DNA of 64,000 bases, taken from positions 1,550,072 through 1,614,071 of the forward strand of contig NC_134034.1 in the NCBI RefSeq assembly GCF_964204645.1. Direction: 5' to 3'. Below, piece after piece: positions 61,977 through 64,000 of this stretch. The stretch is from Tubulanus polymorphus (lineage: Eukaryota; Animalia; Nemertea). The notes beneath the pieces were generated by a model, which saw only the letters and a program-made list of their open reading frames with translations, searched no databases and had not been told where the DNA came from. The position numbers were made by a program, and so were the translations under genes. Positions within the stretch are counted from its first letter, which is position 1. Every line of letters begins with the position of its first letter.

Positions 61977-62062
61977 TTGTCGATATACTTTTCAAAATAC
62001 TTGTCGCTTGTCGAGATACTTGTCGAGATACTTGTCGAGATACTTGTCGAGATACTTGTCGA
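61977..62062. repeat. 12-bp tandem repeat (atacttgtcgag)
   Basis: About 4 near-perfect copies plus degenerate ones. Confidence 0.85.
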
Positions 62063-62228
62063 TGACGATCAAGGTTTAAAAATTCATTTTTAAATTTAGT
62101 ACATCTAAAATCGAATTGACCAGCAACCAGTCTATCCCAATATTGAGAAGGTACATACATCGTATCCATCCAAATTCCATTATTGAAAACACTGAGAAAG
62201 TCTTTAGTCCGACCAAAAGTTGAAACTG

Positions 62229-63330
62229 AAATACTGAGTAAGAGTTTGTGAAATAAAATAGACTCTGTCTCTTACTGCAGTTAAGTTGAGACGGGTAAAA
62301 TTCTACCCCGAGTTGGTGTCAAATACTGAGTAAGAGTCTGTGAAATACAGTAGACTCTGTCTCTTACTGCGGTAAAGTTGAGACCGGTAAAATTCTACCC
62401 CGAGTTGGTGTCAAATACTGAGTAAGAGTCTGTGAAATACAGTAGACTCTGTCTCTTACTGCGGTTAAGTTGAGACTGGTAAAATTCTACCCCGAGTTGG
62501 TGTCAAATACTGAGTAAGAGTCTGTGAAATACAGTAGACTCTGTCTCTTACTGCGGTAAAGTTGAGACCGGTAAAATTCTACCCCGAGTTGGTGTCAAAT
62601 ACTGAGTAAGAGTTTGTGAAATACAGTAGACTCTGTCTCTTACTGGGGTAAAGTTGAGACCGGTAAAATTCTACCCCGAGTTGGTGTCAAATACTGAGTA
62701 AGAGTCTGTGAAATACAGTAGACTCTGTCTCTTACTGCGGTAAAGTTGAGACTGGTAAAATTCTACCCCGAGTTGGTGTCAAATACTGAGTAAGAGTTTG
62801 TGAAATACAGTAGACTCTGTATCTTACTGGGGTAAAGTTAAGACCGGTAAAATTCTACCCCGAGTTGGTGTCAAATACTGAGTAAGAGTTTGTGAAATAC
62901 AGTAGACTCTGTCTCATACTGCGGTAAAGTTGAGACTGGTAAAATTCTACCCCGAGTTTGTGTCAAATACTGAGTAAGAGTTTGTGAAATACAGTAGACT
63001 CTGTCTCATACTGCGGTAAAGTTGAGACTGGTAAAATTCTACCCCGAGTTGGTGTCAAATACTGAGTAAGAGTTTGTGAAATACAGTAGACTCTGTCTCA
63101 TACTGCGGTAAAGTTGAGACTGGTAAAATTCTACCCCGAGTTGGTGCCAAATACTGAGTAAGAGTTTGTGAAATACAGTAGACTCTGTCTCTTACTGGGG
63201 TAAAGTTGAGACTGGTAAAATTCTACCCCGAGTTTGTGTCAAATACTGAGTAAGAGTTTATGAAATACAGTAGACTCTGTCTCTTACTGCGGTAAGGATA
63301 GAATGGGAAAATTCTACCCGAGTTTTTGTC
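62229..63330. repeat. 92-bp satellite, ~12 copies
   Basis: aaatactgagtaagag recurs at 62229, 62321, 62413, 62505 and onward; internal inverted repeat agtaagag...ctcttact. Confidence 0.97.
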
Positions 63331-63410
63331 AGAGTAGAAATAAAGTGTTAACATGTTTATCACACGAATTGTGTATAATTGAGACCGATAAACTAATCAA
63401 TTGCCAATAG

Positions 63411-63482
63411 TCCTCGGTAGTATAGTGGTGAGTATCCGCGCCTGTCACGTGCGAGACCCGGGTTCGATTTCCGGCCGGGGAG
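63411..63482 (+). tRNA. tRNA-Asp (GTC)
   Basis: TCCTCGGTAGTATAGTGGTGAGTATCCGCGCCTGTCACGTGCGAGACCCGGGTTCGATTTCCGGCCGGGGAG folds into a cloverleaf; TTTTT terminator follows. Confidence 0.95.
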
Positions 63483-64000
63483 ATTGTTTTTGGGTCGACT
63501 CATTGAGTCGTAGCGCCGAAGGTCGCAGCATCTAACAGATATACATGTAGTTGTATGAATGTCGGTCGGAGTTACAGAACTTTCATTTCAAATCGGAATC
63601 GGAGTGCAAAATTGAAGATTCTAGAATAGGTCAAGCCCAGTTCTATCGCTAACGTTATTCGGGGAAAGTCCGATTTGAACTTTCTTAATCTTTATCGCTC
63701 CCTTCACGACGCGTTCACATACGATACAATAACAGCAAAACCGGGTCAGAAAGTACGTACGCAGATAGGTACGCAGAAATGACGTCAGAGCACGAAAGAG
63801 GCTCTTTTATTCCAAGTACGACACGCTGTCATATTTATACTGGTAAATGTCTATAGCGCATAATCTCGTAGTCGTCTGACTAAAAGATTACACGCAATTC
63901 AGTTATGTTTACAAACTTCCAGATCGCGTCGTCGGTTCGGTTTGTTTGTTACTAGGATTACTTTAATAGCGATATATACGTATAAAGTTTAGTCAAACTC

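Noticed and set aside
62229-63330. CRISPR-like array (also 2873-3698 and 5262-5558)
   Set aside because: Units are contiguous with no unique spacers, there are no cas genes, and the context is eukaryotic.
63795-63830. U7 snRNA (gctctttt motif)
   Set aside because: No U7-type Sm site (AAUUUGUCUAG-like) followed by a terminal hairpin.

Overview
Eukaryotic (animal) DNA, AT-rich with GT-AG introns; gene content suggests a marine invertebrate, probably a lophotrochozoan (inference). In order: the 3' end and LTR of a BEL/Pao retrotransposon; 23 exons of an integrin alpha gene whose introns hold a U1 snRNA gene, a GC-AG intron, MITEs and several minisatellites; an intronless sperm-type histone H1/PL-I-like gene with a histone stem-loop; a 7-exon CD-MPR/ATG27-like gene; nested DNA transposons (a MITE with tRNA-like terminal repeats interrupted by a 6.4-kb long-TIR element); an intronless SAM methyltransferase; a receptor cluster; an orphan class A GPCR; a 92-bp satellite; tRNA-Asp(GTC). 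The cluster is the most striking part. It appears to be a tandemly repeated head-to-head module of a ~1,900-aa CUB/C-type-lectin/LDLa/LRR GPCR (GRL101-like) and a Toll-like receptor, ordered TLR1, GPCR-A, TLR pseudo-exon, GPCR-B, TLR2. The TLRs have an unusual polybasic-terminated N-terminal extension and a non-canonical TIR. Exon boundaries were derived by hand from splice signals and frame continuity; no database searches were run.
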